A stretch of DNA of 64,000 nt from Laetmonice hystrix (lineage: Eukaryota): NCBI GenBank assembly GCA_965235115.1, contig OZ249436.1, forward strand, positions 33,606,001 to 33,670,000, written 5' to 3'. Numbering within the stretch: the stretch's first letter is position 1; the number at the start of each line of letters is the position of its first letter. The notes beneath the pieces are model-generated. The model made no database searches. It was given only the letters and a program-made list of their open reading frames with translations, and was not told the DNA's origin. Made by a program: the position numbers and the translations under genes. Positions 51,031 through 64,000 of the stretch are shown one piece after another.

Positions 51031-54000
51031 ACGCTCGGAAGCCAATACATTGTAAAGGAGCCATGAGGCCCGTCACAAGGCAGCAATTATATGGACCCGA
51101 ATAGACCATGCCGTACATGTCTGAATCAGGGACCATATGACCATACAACGAGAAGCCACACCCATCCCTCAGGTGTCCAATGTGATATGCACATCTTCTA
51201 TCGTTCGATCAGACATGAGAAGAGGTCACTACGTAACGACGCCCCGCCTATCCCTTGGGGTTCTATAGGGCGCCTTCTGACACAGATGGTATTGCCAGAA
51301 AATATAGCTGAGCGGTCAGAGGGGTTCGCAGACTATGGTGTGGTGGATCAAGAGGTTTCGAAGAGCGACAGCTAAAGATAGCAATGCTCACAGAGCGGAG
51401 GTTTGTGTAGCAGTGAGCCTGTGTTATTAAGGAGCTCTGGGAATTTGTTGTGGTCTGATAATCAGTCAAACCCGCCGTACATGTGGTTTAACCACCAGAA
51501 AATGTTCTTGTCATAATATTGACCATCAACGTGCTTCCCGCTGCTAATTGAGTTGGAAATGGTGACATCCAAACCGCAACTCTAGCCCCCGGCACGTTTC
51601 CACGAGATCCTTTGACTAGAATAACGTGAATGAGAAAAAAGAAAGAAAACGTTTCGGTCTTGTATTTCTACCTCGTCCGCACCAATTAGGTGATGCGAGA
51701 AGCAGCCTTATTACCACCATTAACTGACAAGCCGATGGCTTCCAAGGAGTCAAAAACGACACGATAACAGCGGGACGCTATGGTACTGTGAGCAAAAGCG
51801 CCAGAAGCGCCTGTTGAAAACTCTGATATTGCCAGAAGAAATGAGGCGTATACGCAGACCTCGCACGTATATCAAGATGGGGGAGGGGGGAGCGCCATGC
51901 AGTAAAAAGAAATGTGGGAATACTAAACAAGGTGATCAAAGAATGCGGATCAATATACAAAAGAGTACATTAATATATAACATGATAGGGCCTTACATCT
52001 AATTTGGTGTAAATTTGTGTTTATTTTAAAGTTAGCCCAGGACGAATGAATATTTATAATATGATATATTCGAACATACATATTTTATTTTTAAGTGTTG
52101 TGAGAATAAAAACTAATAAATTCGTAACAGGTCGCGTCATTATATCACTGACAAGGAATACTATAACCAAACTCCGTTATAGAGTTTATAGGTCCGATCA
52201 GAAAAAGTATTAATGTATGGAGGCACAATTACGTCCACTTGTAACTTCTCATTACAATCAAGCAGACACATTGAATAAAATACACGCCTTCTGATAGCTA
52301 CTCGGGATATTCTTCTCTTTTTTCACCATTTCTATATAGAAATTCACATAATGATAACGACCACGACCGGTAGTTTTTCTATCCATTAGGGTTTTTAAGG
52401 GACACTTGATGGAACCCGTGAGAAACATGTCACAAGAGGATTCGTTCTTTCATTCAAGAAGCTCAGTGACACGAACCTGTAACACCAATAATGTTCCCAG
52501 ACAGTGTGGATGGCCTGCATCATTCGGGAATCCTCGGCCATATCTTCGAAAGTAGCCTCGGGTGAAATAGGTGCCATTTTGAGCATTGCATCGCGGGTAC
52601 ATTTAGCCGGGACTCTCGACAGCATGGCAGTGCTTGCAGTATTTTGTCTGCATCAGGCATGGAAGCAACTAAAATAGGCCTACAGTGCTTTCTCCGACAT
52701 CAGTGGGCAATATTACAACAGTATCATGTCATGATACAACTTAAATTACTACATGATTACAAGTAGTCCTACCATGTGTCGGGCCAGTGTCGTACATGGG
52801 CGCGGCCATATTGCTTCCCAGAATTTGATAAATTACCGTATTGACGCCCATTTAGGTAAATTGGGTGATTCATTTTTCTTCTTTAAACGTTCCCCTTCAT
52901 ACCAGAAATTTATATTTGCACATACAACGCCGAAGGAGCAGGTGTCAATAATGCACTACTTCCTGGCTCGATGGGATATGACGGTTCACTCAGTGCCTCG
53001 CTACACACCTCGATTTGGCCGTGTATCTGGTTGCCAAACATGGCCGCTATTCCACCCGAGGGTATATTCGAATAGAAGGAAGTGACGTCATATGCCCGAG
53101 GGAGTCCCGAATGGGCCTGCATCTGCCACTGCTGTATTTTGACGCCCTCCTTGACTTCAACAACATTGCGTTGGTACATAACCTTTCGCTTCCGAAGTCA
53201 GGCGTATTTGTCAGTACCGCGTCAAGTATAGTTTTCCATTTCCGTATATATACCGGGTGTTCGTGTTAAATAAACGATGTTTACCGCCAACTTGGTCGGG
53301 GGAAATCCTGATTTCTGGCCACTTTGCAGGAGATGTCCTGGACAACACATTTTAACAGGTCCACTGGGAAATACCAAGAGATTTCCCCTGACAGGAAACA
53401 CTAGCTTTTAGATGAGAAGGTCTTAGTGTAAAGGTGACCAAACCAAATCTAAGGCGTGCGTCTAATATCCCAGTGGCGCCTTCACTCAAAGTTCTGGTTT
53501 GCATTGGTAAACTGGAATCATTATAGAAGCAAACATTTTCTAAACCATGCTCTTCAATAAGAGATCATATAAAGATGGTGTAGATTTGCCAGTGTAATTG
53601 AATTTCAGCGAAATTTGATAATCTCATCACACAGTCCGTGTAAAAAAAACTCTGACAAATTATAGCACTGTGCTGTTTCGTTGAGATATGCCATGCCTCG
53701 GCCTATCACTAGAGCTGTCGCTGTACCAACTAACAACACGCCTGTGCTTTATACCATAATCTATCAAGTACGTCCCAAGAAACTCCCCAACCCTTAACCC
53801 CTCTCTCACCTCACTACCCCGACATAATCTGCATTACCTTGGTAATGATTCGACATGGACGTTGGGGGACCCGACCGGGCGCTGGCCGGTACCGTATTGA
53901 ACGAAAGCGGGCGAACCGATCCGGGTTGATGGACATCGGTTTGCGTGACATCCTTCCAACATCGGCTCGGTTCCTCATCACCAAGCGGTGTCGGCTTCAC

Positions 54001-54472
54001 ACGCCGCCGGCTCCCACCCGCCATTCATCACCGTCCAACAAAATGAGTGATCAGAGATTTGTTCAACCAAACGTGAAGCTAATCAGATCATATTAGGAAA
54101 CTGCCCGTCCGGCACCCTGCATTTCTCGTATACTTCGTGCGTCCTTATATTGCCGCCGGTGTAAATATTCCGTACGCGTTGCGCGCTCTGAATATTCGAT
54201 GTGATAAGTTTGTCACAGAGACGAGCCAAGTTGTGGAGTTAACCTAGTGTGTCAACATGTTTCTATAGAGACCATCCGTTCCCAAAGGGTACAGGAGACA
54301 CTTAACAAACAACAGGCAATGTCCAGCAGCAGTATTAAAACAATTCATTATAAACGGCAATTCCTTTCAGAAAACATTGGTCTTTCTTGTAAGCCTGACC
54401 TGAATCTCGATGATTAGAGACCCTACAAACCTACAAGGTATTTGTGAAGAATTTATTCAGTGACTAAGTTAA

Positions 54473-55644
54473 AGGTGCATATATTATCAGGAAACATGAA
54501 AAATCGGTATTTCAAAGAACTTTTGCTGTTTTCATGAAGACAGACTGACTTATCAGTTCCATTTTGCTGAGCAATCGAAGTTTTTGAAACCCCCTTGCTG
54601 GCCATCTGGAAAAACGGCTCCGCCCACCGTTTGCACGTGGATTTTGTTGACACGCAGAACCCTCGCGCATGCTCAGACGGTTTGTTTTGAAGCGCTTAAC
54701 TATGGAATACCGGCGACGACATGCGAGATGCGAGACAGTGTGTTTGGGTTAGGGTAAAGGTTATGCCTAGGGTTAGTGTTAGTTTTCACTTTAGGAAAAG
54801 TTTAGCCCCCAAATTATGCTATAATTGTTAAATAGGCACGTGGATCGTGATATCGGTGTCAATAAGAAACATTCTATGTGCTAAATTGACACTGTTCGGT
54901 CCCATGTCGCTTCTCGCATCTCGCATGTCGTCGCCGGTATTCCATACTTAACGGCTGACAAACGCGACATGGAGATGGCGAGTATAAACGCCGAATATTT
55001 CGCGTGTCCCAGTCAGGAAATTGTCTGACACTCGACCGTGGTGGAAGGAGTCGGGAAACAATGGCGGCTCGGGAACGAATCGAGCGTGTCCCGCGTGTCA
55101 CACACCCCCTCCCCCCGCATCCACAGGCCGGCACAGCTTTGGCCAGACGCTAGCGCGCTATGCTCTCTTGACACTTGAGGTGCCGACACCTCCCCAACGA
55201 CCCCCTTGCCTTGGTTTCCGAGATTGACTTGCTATCTTTTTCAACTTCTGTATTTTTCTTTCCTTGCCCGGTTCTCTGCCGATTCCGTAAAATATTTTTT
55301 GGGTGGCATTCTGATGCCGAACGATGCCGAGTGCAACTGATGAATTGTTTACAACTAAGCGAAGCACGTGACCAAGCACCTGCAGAGAGTGCACACACAG
55401 GATGTGACGCAGTACGCGATTACACGGGTTGATGGGAGGTTGTCTCCCAAATTATGGCGGGAGATGTGCTATCGGGAGAAATCTATAAGTTTAGTCTTAT
55501 GGCACCTACTTGTGCTGCATACGCAGCGAAAACACGTCGGAGGACGAAATGCTGTGGTAGGATTATTTACTTAGATCTCCATAATACGGTCATGTTGGAT
55601 AATCGCCGGAAATTCTCCAAAACGTGTATTTTAGCATGGCCCTT
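54473..55644. mobile_element. Possible Kolobok-like element hosting the IS3EU-like MITE
   Basis: ttaa|aggtgcatatta ... tagcatggccct|ttaa. TTAA lies on both sides with AGG..CCT termini, but the TIR match is only about 9/12, so these could be two unrelated ends. Confidence 0.4.
54701..54946. mobile_element. IS3EU-like MITE (TAYGG termini, 6-bp TSD) with internal GGGTTA-like repeats
   Basis: 35-bp perfect TIR tatggaataccggcgacgacatgcgagatgcgaga. Perfect TSD cttaac at 54695-54700 and 54947-54952. Confidence 0.92.
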
Positions 55645-56837
55645 TAAGTAACGGATCGTGACTAAGATATTTTTTAACGCAGTGAACATCCATCAAAACT
55701 GACCTGAGAGAGCGGGGGGGGGGGGGGGGTTATGCCGCGTCGGCAACCAAGGTCAATTTGCCTGTTCAAGTGAATGTAAGGTCAACTATTTTGTCAACAA
55801 TCAGCAATATAGGACGATCGCCTCATAGCGACAACAGACAACTGGAATGTTGAATTTCATTAGAGTTCTCCATTTCTATGGGTATACAGTTATTGATTTA
55901 TGTAGTGTAAGGCCTTATCTAACCTAACAGCCCATGTCTGCATTTTAGAGTCATTGAACCAAGAGATAGTCGGTCGATGTTTGCTTTAAGCAAGAAAAAG
56001 GGTAATACAAGGGAGCTATTGTTTCCCGGGTCCCCATGGGAAGTAAACTCATAGTTTCCCCACTTTACTCTGATGTTATATAGATTATACGAATACAGAC
56101 ATTTCCTTCTCATTCGTCCTGTGATCGATTCGGATGTAGCAGGTCTATTGATGCCCCCACACCCTTACATGCCCCACATATAACGGGGCTGGTTTTCGGT
56201 ACACCTCTTCCAATATATCCCAATGCTGTCATTAACCCACGTCCTCATCTCCATCACAGTAGAAACTGAAAACAAAATAATCTAACGCGTTAAAGACACC
56301 TAATGTTTCCTCTTGGGTATTCACTCCTGCTTCTCCTTGCTGTGGTTCCTTCCTCTGGGAACAAAACAGTGATTCAAAAATCCCTGAGCAGCTGTCCCTG
56401 AGCCGTCTATTTTCTTTAGATATACTCCGAAACCTGACTAAAAATGGGGACTAGAAAAATAACTTTTTGAACAGCGGGTGGAGTCCATAGAGCTAACGAT
56501 GGATCGACTGCGAACGTGTTTAGCATGGTTCCGGAAACGTCGACATACCAACTTTCACCGCGGCTTACTGCTGGAGGACGAGCTTTGTTATACTACCCGC
56601 CGTTTTCATGTCATGCCCATATCGAAAGCTGCTGCATTATCGATAGATCTTCATAAAACCTTGCACGAATGCTTTGAATACCAGCCGAGTACTATCATAT
56701 TGTAATTACGTCCGCTTTCGTAAGCAATCCCATGGTTATAGGTTGCCACTTTGTCTTGTCAGGCAAAATAACATCTTGTCATGAGTTGAGATATGCTCCT
56801 CTGTTTTTATATACCTTGGAAATAAGTTGGTCTTTAA

Positions 56838-57744
56838 CATGCATACTTTTGCCACAGTAAGCCATGCATACCTCTTCCACAGTAAGCCATGCATACCTCT
56901 TCCACAGTAAGTCATGCATACCTCTTCCACGGTAAGCCATGCATACCTCTTCCCCAGTAAAACATGCATACCTCTTCCACAGTAAGTCGTGCATAGCTCT
57001 TCCACAGTAAGTCATGCATACCTCTTCCACAGGAAGTCATGCATACCACTTCCACAGTAAGCCATGCATACCTCTTCCACAGTAAGTCATGCATACCACT
57101 TCCACAGTAAGCCATGCATACCTCTTCCACAGGAAGTCATGCATACCACTTCCACAGTAAGCCATGCATACCTCTTCCACAGTAAGTCATGCATACCTCT
57201 TCCACAGTAAGTCATGCATACCTCTACCACGGTAAGCCATGCATACCTCTTCCACAGTAAAACATGCATACCTCTTCCACAGTAAGCCATGCATACCTCT
57301 TCCACAGGAAGTCATGCATACCACTTCCACAGTAAGTCATGCATACCTCTTCCACAGTAAGTCATGCATACCTCTTCCACAGTAAGTCATGCATACCTCT
57401 ACCACGGTAAGCCATGCATACCTCTTCCACAGTAAAACATGCATACCTCTTCCACAGTAAGTCGTGCATAGCTCTTCCACAGTAAGTCATGCATACCTCT
57501 TCCACAGGAAGTCATGCATACCACTTCCACAGTAAGTCATGCATACCTCTACCACGGTAAGCCATGCATACCTCTTCCACAGTAAAACATGCATACCTCT
57601 TCCACAGTAAGCCATGCATACCTCTTCCACAGGAAGTCATGCATACCACTTCCACAGTAAGTCATGCATACCTCTTCCACGGTAAGCCATGCATACCTCT
57701 TCCACAGTAAGCCATGCATACCTCTTCCACAGGAAGTCATGCAT
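56838..57744. repeat. Minisatellite, 25 bp x about 36 (catgcatacctcttccacagtaagc/t)
   Basis: Unit starts at 56838 and 56863 give a period of 25. Variants recur (aggaag, ccacttcc, accacgg, aaaac). Confidence 0.97.
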
Positions 57745-60700
57745 ATTAACGTGGTCTGACATTGAAGGACGTCAAGAAGTGATTTGTCATGTACAACAGT
57801 TTGAGAAGTGTAAATTGACATTATGCCACGGTTTAAAGAATGTCAAAAGAAATATTGTCCTTTCTGTCTGGCGACAGATTTCTATGGTCCTCACGAAGTG
57901 GGAAGAACATTCATTACACAACTGAAGCTATTGCTGACTTACGAAAAAAAGACTTCCGCCAATGGGTACAAGCACTAAAGCATTTAAAGGTAGAATTTTG
58001 AGCCATTATTCTTGATATCACAAACGTGTCATAAATATACAAAGGCGGCCTCGAACCTATTTTCCTTTCTTGTCAAGGGAAAGTGGTTTTATGTGCCAAA
58101 AGGATATGAATGAGGGGAGTTGCCAGTTGGTACAGTCGTCGATAATCCCGATGTGAATTTTGTGACTCCGGCGGGATTGCCTGCAATCGGTCATGTTGCA
58201 CTCCACGCATGGTCAGAGCTGCCTTCCTCGTACATTTTTATACTTTGGCACAATTGGCAGGCTTGGGAATTGATGGCCTTGTACCCGGTTTGATTGGTCG
58301 GGGACTCCCTGAGGGTATGTCCAGTACGTCTATGCCATTGTTGCCCTCTAGATCCGGAGGACACAAGTCTTCACCCTTGCAATCACATTACGCATGCAAA
58401 CACCACCACGCCCTTGGGTAAAGTGTCCATTTAGCCCCACGTCATTTCCTTGTCTGCAGGCTACGTGAAGTGGCAGTCAAAAAGACTTTCTCGCCTTCAC
58501 TGAAGCAGCGCAGTAGGAGCACTGGAAAGTAACCAGGGATTTTGGCCCTTGGGACTTTTATCCTAGTTTTGCGACGAGTTTGTGCCCTGCGGAGAAAGAG
58601 AGAAACATGACACCACGCCAGAATCCTTCCTCCTCTCCAATATACCCTACCGCTCTATCTTGGAGAGGTCAGCCTGGGCCACGTTTATAATGGCCTTGCC
58701 CAGCCATCGAGGGTATACATCGCCCAATCATGATGCCGCAAACGGTATAAGGTTCTTATGGACGTTAAGTGCAGTAGATATATGCCATAGCAGATGAATT
58801 AAGGCTTTTCCAGTATGAAGCAGGTTTTACAGTGTCGATAAGACTTTCTGTGCGAGCTGCAAATCGTGCCCCTCGCAGTCCTACCTGTTTCCATTATCGT
58901 GGAGAAAATTAAATGATGTTTCCATTATGAGTAGTGATGATAAATGTATCCTGAGCCGAATGCCATAATAACGCTGCCTTGCTGTTTCAGTGATAATAGT
59001 TTCTAGCTTCATATCATTGCAGATGCGGGCGCCAGTAACCTAGACATGATCCCTACAGTGGCATTGGCTTGTGTCTAGTGAAGTATCATATACAGAGCGG
59101 GGTGAAGGGTGATTTTAGAGTGCTGAGGACAGAATCGGCCTTTTGGCCTCAGCTGCCCTCCGTACTATATAAGGGCAGTTATCGACTTCACCTACCCCGA
59201 ATTCCGGTGGCCTTCTCAGAATGAAGGGGTGTCGTTTCAACCTGAGCGCCTTTCCTCTGGGCAGCTTACGAGGGATACTCCAAGATTGGCTAGATAACAT
59301 TGTATAAACCCTCTGTAAGGAACATTCATCATCACCAGCCTCATATAGAAAAACAGCCTGAGGATATATAAAATGGCGCTTATTATTCTTTGTACATTCT
59401 AGCAAAGAAATTAGATGAGAAACCATTCCTTTTCACAGAACATTTTGAGGGCGGTCTCTAGACACTACACAAATAATTTTCCGAGCGGCCTTTGAATAGA
59501 GCAGCAGGCAATTCCAATCACGTGAGCGTTACAAAGTTGACCGCCGCCCAAATAACGGATGGGGGGGGGGGGGGGGTCTCGCTCTTTCTCTGTGACAATG
59601 CCGCACGTATTGAGCACAACTTCCGAGGTCAAATCCACCCTCACACATCTTAACGGAAACTCCTTTCGCTTGACAACACCTAATGACTGCATGATCATGT
59701 TTTATCGATATAACACACGGACTGGGGGAATATAAATACAGTATGAAATGTACGCGCCATATCAAACCGACGCTTATTGGCGTCACTGTGACGATATTTT
59801 CCTTTCACTGTTCCGTCAGAGCTGCATACAGTCCGCCGCCATACACACTTTCACTGAGGCGACTCTGTACATGAAGCCATCCGACTACCCGAGCACTAAT
59901 GGGGACCTCCTGACCGTGCTCGAGACTATTTAGCTGGTCGTCACCGTGTAGACAGCACCATCCTTCCACTGTCGTCCCCGACCTACACAACAAACACGTT
60001 TTATCCGATCTCTTCAAGACGACTTTCTGCAGGATGTAGCCGCCGATTTTTTGACTGTGTTTCTTGTAGATATCTAGCGCTGGCATGGCGCTGCATGAAT
60101 ATAGACCTACCCGATTCTGGGTTTATTACTCCATTGTCTGTATTTCGTGGTTCTGTGGTTCCCTCTAAAGGTTTTTATTTGAAAAACAGCAACATAACCG
60201 CGGTGTGGTGTCTGACTAAACTTGCATTACTCCAGAAAACGCAACAAAAGAAAAATGAGATGTAAACGTCACTTTGACCGAAATATGAACGGTCCCTTTG
60301 AACTGCTTCCACTGTGGTGCCGACTTCGCTCGGAAGCCTACCGCGGGATTTGACATGGACGCACTTGACAGCATTTCCTCGGCTCGTCGGGAAACATTGA
60401 TGCATTTTGACAGCGCCAACCTTTCCCGAGGGAAGTGGCCTCGTTTAGAAGGTGATCGACAAGATGCTCCAGTCAGATGGGTAGAACTACACAAATACCT
60501 CATGACCCATTTCATTGGGTGCATTAACGGTCGTTACTCGTTGATCTATACCAACTGGCCGTTACGTTACAGGCCAAAACAGGCCTACACCGCATGTTAC
60601 CTGTAAGAATTTGGTACATGACAATAGACAATTTAAGACAACGCAACACCATAGAACTGAGTCCATGATGGGAGTCAGAAGTTAACCACTGTACGAGTAT

Positions 60701-63465
60701 ACCCAATTTTATTCTGCGAGAACTGCCATATATATATTCTCTCACTGCGGATATAATATCTTCCATGGTTAGAGAAAACGCGACATAACGGACCATATTG
60801 GGCAGCAGTTAGACGTACAACCGGGCAGTCTGCGACAAGACTGGGGTTTCTTAAGGGAGATGGAACATCGGGCCACAAAGCTGGGCTTTCGTCATCCGGA
60901 GATAACACCCTGCCAGGAGGCAAGGTGTAAACTTTGCATACCTGCCAACATTTGGTCAACTCACCAAAAAGAATGACATTTCTTTTAATAACTTTGTTTT
61001 AATAACTTAATTTATTTCTTATTCGCCTGTCAATCTCGATCTTTCCAGCTCTTTTTCGCTCTCTTCTTGCCAGAGCAAACTTACATGTTCTCCCAAAACA
61101 ACATGTCAACGCCCACAAACCAGCTTTTGCTGTTGAATATGTGATTTGAACGGGAAATTTAACGTCCATTGAAGGTGAATATGTTTTGGAAACTGCGCGA
61201 TTCCGTAATATTTTGAGAAAAATGCGGAGTGCGGAATACATCATTCAAAATGGTTGGCCATTATGATTTGGGGGGGGGGGGGGTCGGTGGAGGGGGCTGC
61301 CACAAATGTAGCTCTTCTTCAAGAATAACATGCTGCCTTAGATCCTTGTGATGGACAAGTCGTAACGACCAACCTTTGATAGAGATCTACGTCCAGCCGG
61401 ACAGTAGGAAAGACAACATACATGTACTAATGGAGACCAGAAACAGTGAACCCCAACGACCGGATTGAAGCTGCGCTTGCACGGCCAGCATCAACTGACG
61501 GAGAATTTCAAGTGTTCTCTTGTCAAGTGATGGATTCAGTACCTCCTGCGAACTGAAGACGATAACTCACCGTCCTCCATACCAGGCTGAGAGAAGATCA
61601 TAAAGTATCACCGAATTAAAGGCCCGTCCCCGTTATCAAGGTGTCCCGATCGATGAAATGAACAATGGGGTCTTTTGGTGGTACTTATTTTCATCTTTTG
61701 ATGCATCCTCAAGACGTTCATTGGTGCGGCAGACCACCGGTTGTAACAATCAAGCCAGATCAGAAAGCTAGCTACATTCCACGTTCTGAAAGCTCCCATG
61801 CTTACCCATACCGGCACGAAGCTCCCTCGGGGAGTATTGAGGCGAATTTCAGAGGTGGCATTTTTATGAAGTGCCCCGCCCAGAGAGCTCTTATCTATGA
61901 TCTTGTCATACATGAGATCCGAAATGGATCTCCTCGCAATCCCGCTTTTCTGATTGATGTACCATCGTGGCGCAAATTCATGCGACTACTGGGGAAATGG
62001 CACTCGGGAGCTATCGCATATTGCAGTTCCAAGATACTGTTTCAGATCGTTTAATTTTTGACGTAGTTCCAGTTCAGTTTTTACCTTTTCCGCAACTTCT
62101 GCTTCTGTAGTTAGAGAGTTTGATATTATTTAATTCATAACAGCCGCAAGACGGCGGAAGGGCCCGAAGGGGTCCAATTTTAGCTTCTTCTGTCTTCTGT
62201 AAATGTGAGACCACTGAATTGGGAATGCTCCTCCCAGCATGTTTTGTCTTCTGGTTCCCATGTGTCAAGCATGCAGTGAGCAACTACAAAACTGTCGATA
62301 ACCACTCTCTTTTTTTTGGGGGGGGGGGGGGGGTGGTGTCATAATGGCAATGATGCCTGTGATACTTTAGGGCGATGACTACACTTTATAATACATGCAT
62401 GCTGTTTTGCTGAGCACCTACATACATTAGCCTCTAACATCGGCCGTGTGTATACACGGCCTATCCTCTAGCGATCGGGCTACGAGACCAAACGTTCAAC
62501 CCGCAAAATGAATGCGCGTCCGCACCTCTTCCATCACTTCAAATAAAAGATTGCCTTTACCTTCAGCTACTGAGCCCAATGAACTTACTTGGTGTTCCTC
62601 TAAGCAACAGATTCGGCCAATTTTCCAAACCAAGCGACCACTTTCCATAGTCTTACAACCGGCGCCATTTCTGTAAATTCACATCCGGGGTCAAGCTCAC
62701 GAAGGGAGCGACCATTTCAGACGCTGGCTATTAGTTTGGCGCCATAATGGAGGAATTGCTCTTTGGTCTAGAATAATGAATGCTCCCCTGCTGGTCGCCA
62801 GTGCACATGTTTTGAACATGCGCAGTAGAACAAACAGTATGGCGGCTAACGGCAGTGAACCAGCGCGATTCGGAATTTCGAAAGTCTGATTTATTAAAAC
62901 TTTGGGCAAAAATCCTCGGAAAAGTGTGCAGCAGAGGAACAGAAGATGGGCTGCGTTAGAATTGACACCTCAACTGGCAGTAGTTACGATGGATTTTGCA
63001 CAGCGAGTGATTGACATAGGAGGTAGGGTTTTTCGCGTTAACGCTGTCCGTCCCTACACACTGGGGGGACGATACTCCGTCTAACATACATCAGCTTGTG
63101 ATATCCTAGATAGATTGTTGCGGAAATGGCAGTGACCCCCCCCCCCCCCGCCACACTTCAAGTAGATTCGGAAACGCTGTCGCAACATGAGATTAAAATA
63201 GTCATTCTCGATAATCTAACGGCATCGCCATCCCCGCTGATGAAAGAATAAAGACGAGGGAATTACCATAAGATTAAAATGAGATCGCCTTGTCTTTTCA
63301 GGACGCGACTTCGATCTTCTTATGTATGATGAGAAACCAACAATATGCTCCTGATGAAAAATTGTCAAGGTTTTTTTTTGTCTGGTAAGGTCATCATTGT
63401 AGCTACTTGTAATAATTAGGTATGACGAGTGTTCGCCTATTTTGTGGAAAGTTACTTTCAGGTCG

Positions 63466-63578
63466 AGTTACTAGTGCAGGCAGACGCCTTAACCAATGTC
63501 TCTCCCCAATGCACTCTCAGGTCTAGTTACTATAGGGCAGGCAGACGCCTTAGCCAATGTCTCTCCCCAATGCACTAT
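63466..63578. repeat. Tandem duplication of a 60-bp-scale unit (2 copies)
   Basis: agttacta..gcaggcagacgcctta.ccaatgtctctccccaatgcact occurs twice. Confidence 0.85.
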
Positions 63579-63851
63579 CGTTTTGGGGTTGATAGACGAC
63601 TCGTAGAGAAATATTCAAATCCCTTCAAACACAGGAACGGCACCGATTCTGATCTCTACGAATACATGATTACTTGCCGTAACACCTGTTGGAGTGTTGC
63701 GCTCAGTTAGGGCATAAACCTGAAAAATGCCGCGCCGTCGCTAAATGTCACATTATGCAGGAATAGGCCACCCCTAAAAGATAATATATTATGGTCGGTT
63801 TTGTAAATGAATTGGGCTATTTATCCCAGACTCTGATAGTAAAAGTGTAGA

Positions 63852-64000
63852 AATTCTATGGACATTTAACGGGAATCCGCCGGATGTACATCTTCCGAGG
63901 GAGTCTCCATTGAAGGAATCGACTGCACTACATTTTCAATCGGCCGGATCAGAGACCACACCACACATCCGGCGGATTCCCGTTAAATGTCCGTAAAATG
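63852..64000. mobile_element. Inverted-repeat element (MITE-like) truncated by the window end
   Basis: 28-bp perfect inverted repeat ggacatttaacgggaatccgccggatgt (63861-63888) / acatccggcggattcccgttaaatgtcc (63965-63992), extending imperfectly outward. Confidence 0.7.

Noticed and set aside
53070..53100. GGAAGTGACGTCA ETS-CRE composite motif suggesting a promoter
   Set aside because: It is a single short motif with no associated gene start identifiable in the sequence.
56736..57821. Cys/Met-rich repetitive ORFs
   Set aside because: They are translations of the 25-bp minisatellite.
58441..58530. Minus-strand ttccAG|TGC TCC TAC (CSY) resembling the missing KCNMB second exon
   Set aside because: The frame stops after 26 codons (CSYCAASVKARK...), has no TM2 or WP, and lies upstream of both exons.
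59748..62054. Several 90-130 aa ORFs
   Set aside because: No recognisable homology or consistent exon chain. The lengths are compatible with chance.

Overview
This is eukaryotic, animal-like genomic DNA, not prokaryotic: it is gene-poor, carries GT-AG splice signals, and is dense in minisatellites and non-autonomous DNA transposons. It most plausibly comes from an invertebrate bilaterian, but the taxon cannot be fixed from sequence alone. Only two coding segments are convincing, both on the minus strand and about 40 kb apart (A: 2273->1695; B: 43150->41876). Each encodes the N-terminal half of a BK (Slo1) potassium channel beta-subunit-like (KCNMB family) protein: an acidic cytoplasmic N-terminus, a basic/Cys-rich juxtamembrane stretch, TM1, and the first part of the extracellular loop with CSCGKGCxxxYPC. 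Their last 105 codons align without gaps (45/105 identical by hand count). Both end at the homologous phase-0 donor (...RQ|GT), just before the family's CSY motif. I could not find the expected downstream exon (CSY...WP/TM2) between them. This suggests they may be alternative variable first exons spliced to a shared constant exon beyond the left edge of the window, as in UGT1A or protocadherin-alpha. The rest of the window holds six minisatellites (25, 28, 33, 33, 40 and 44/46 bp units), microsatellites, near-perfect hairpins, and MITEs. The MITE TIR/TSD signatures resemble Harbinger, IS3EU, Kolobok, Academ, hAT and Crypton. Most long ORFs in the supplied track are repeat artefacts.
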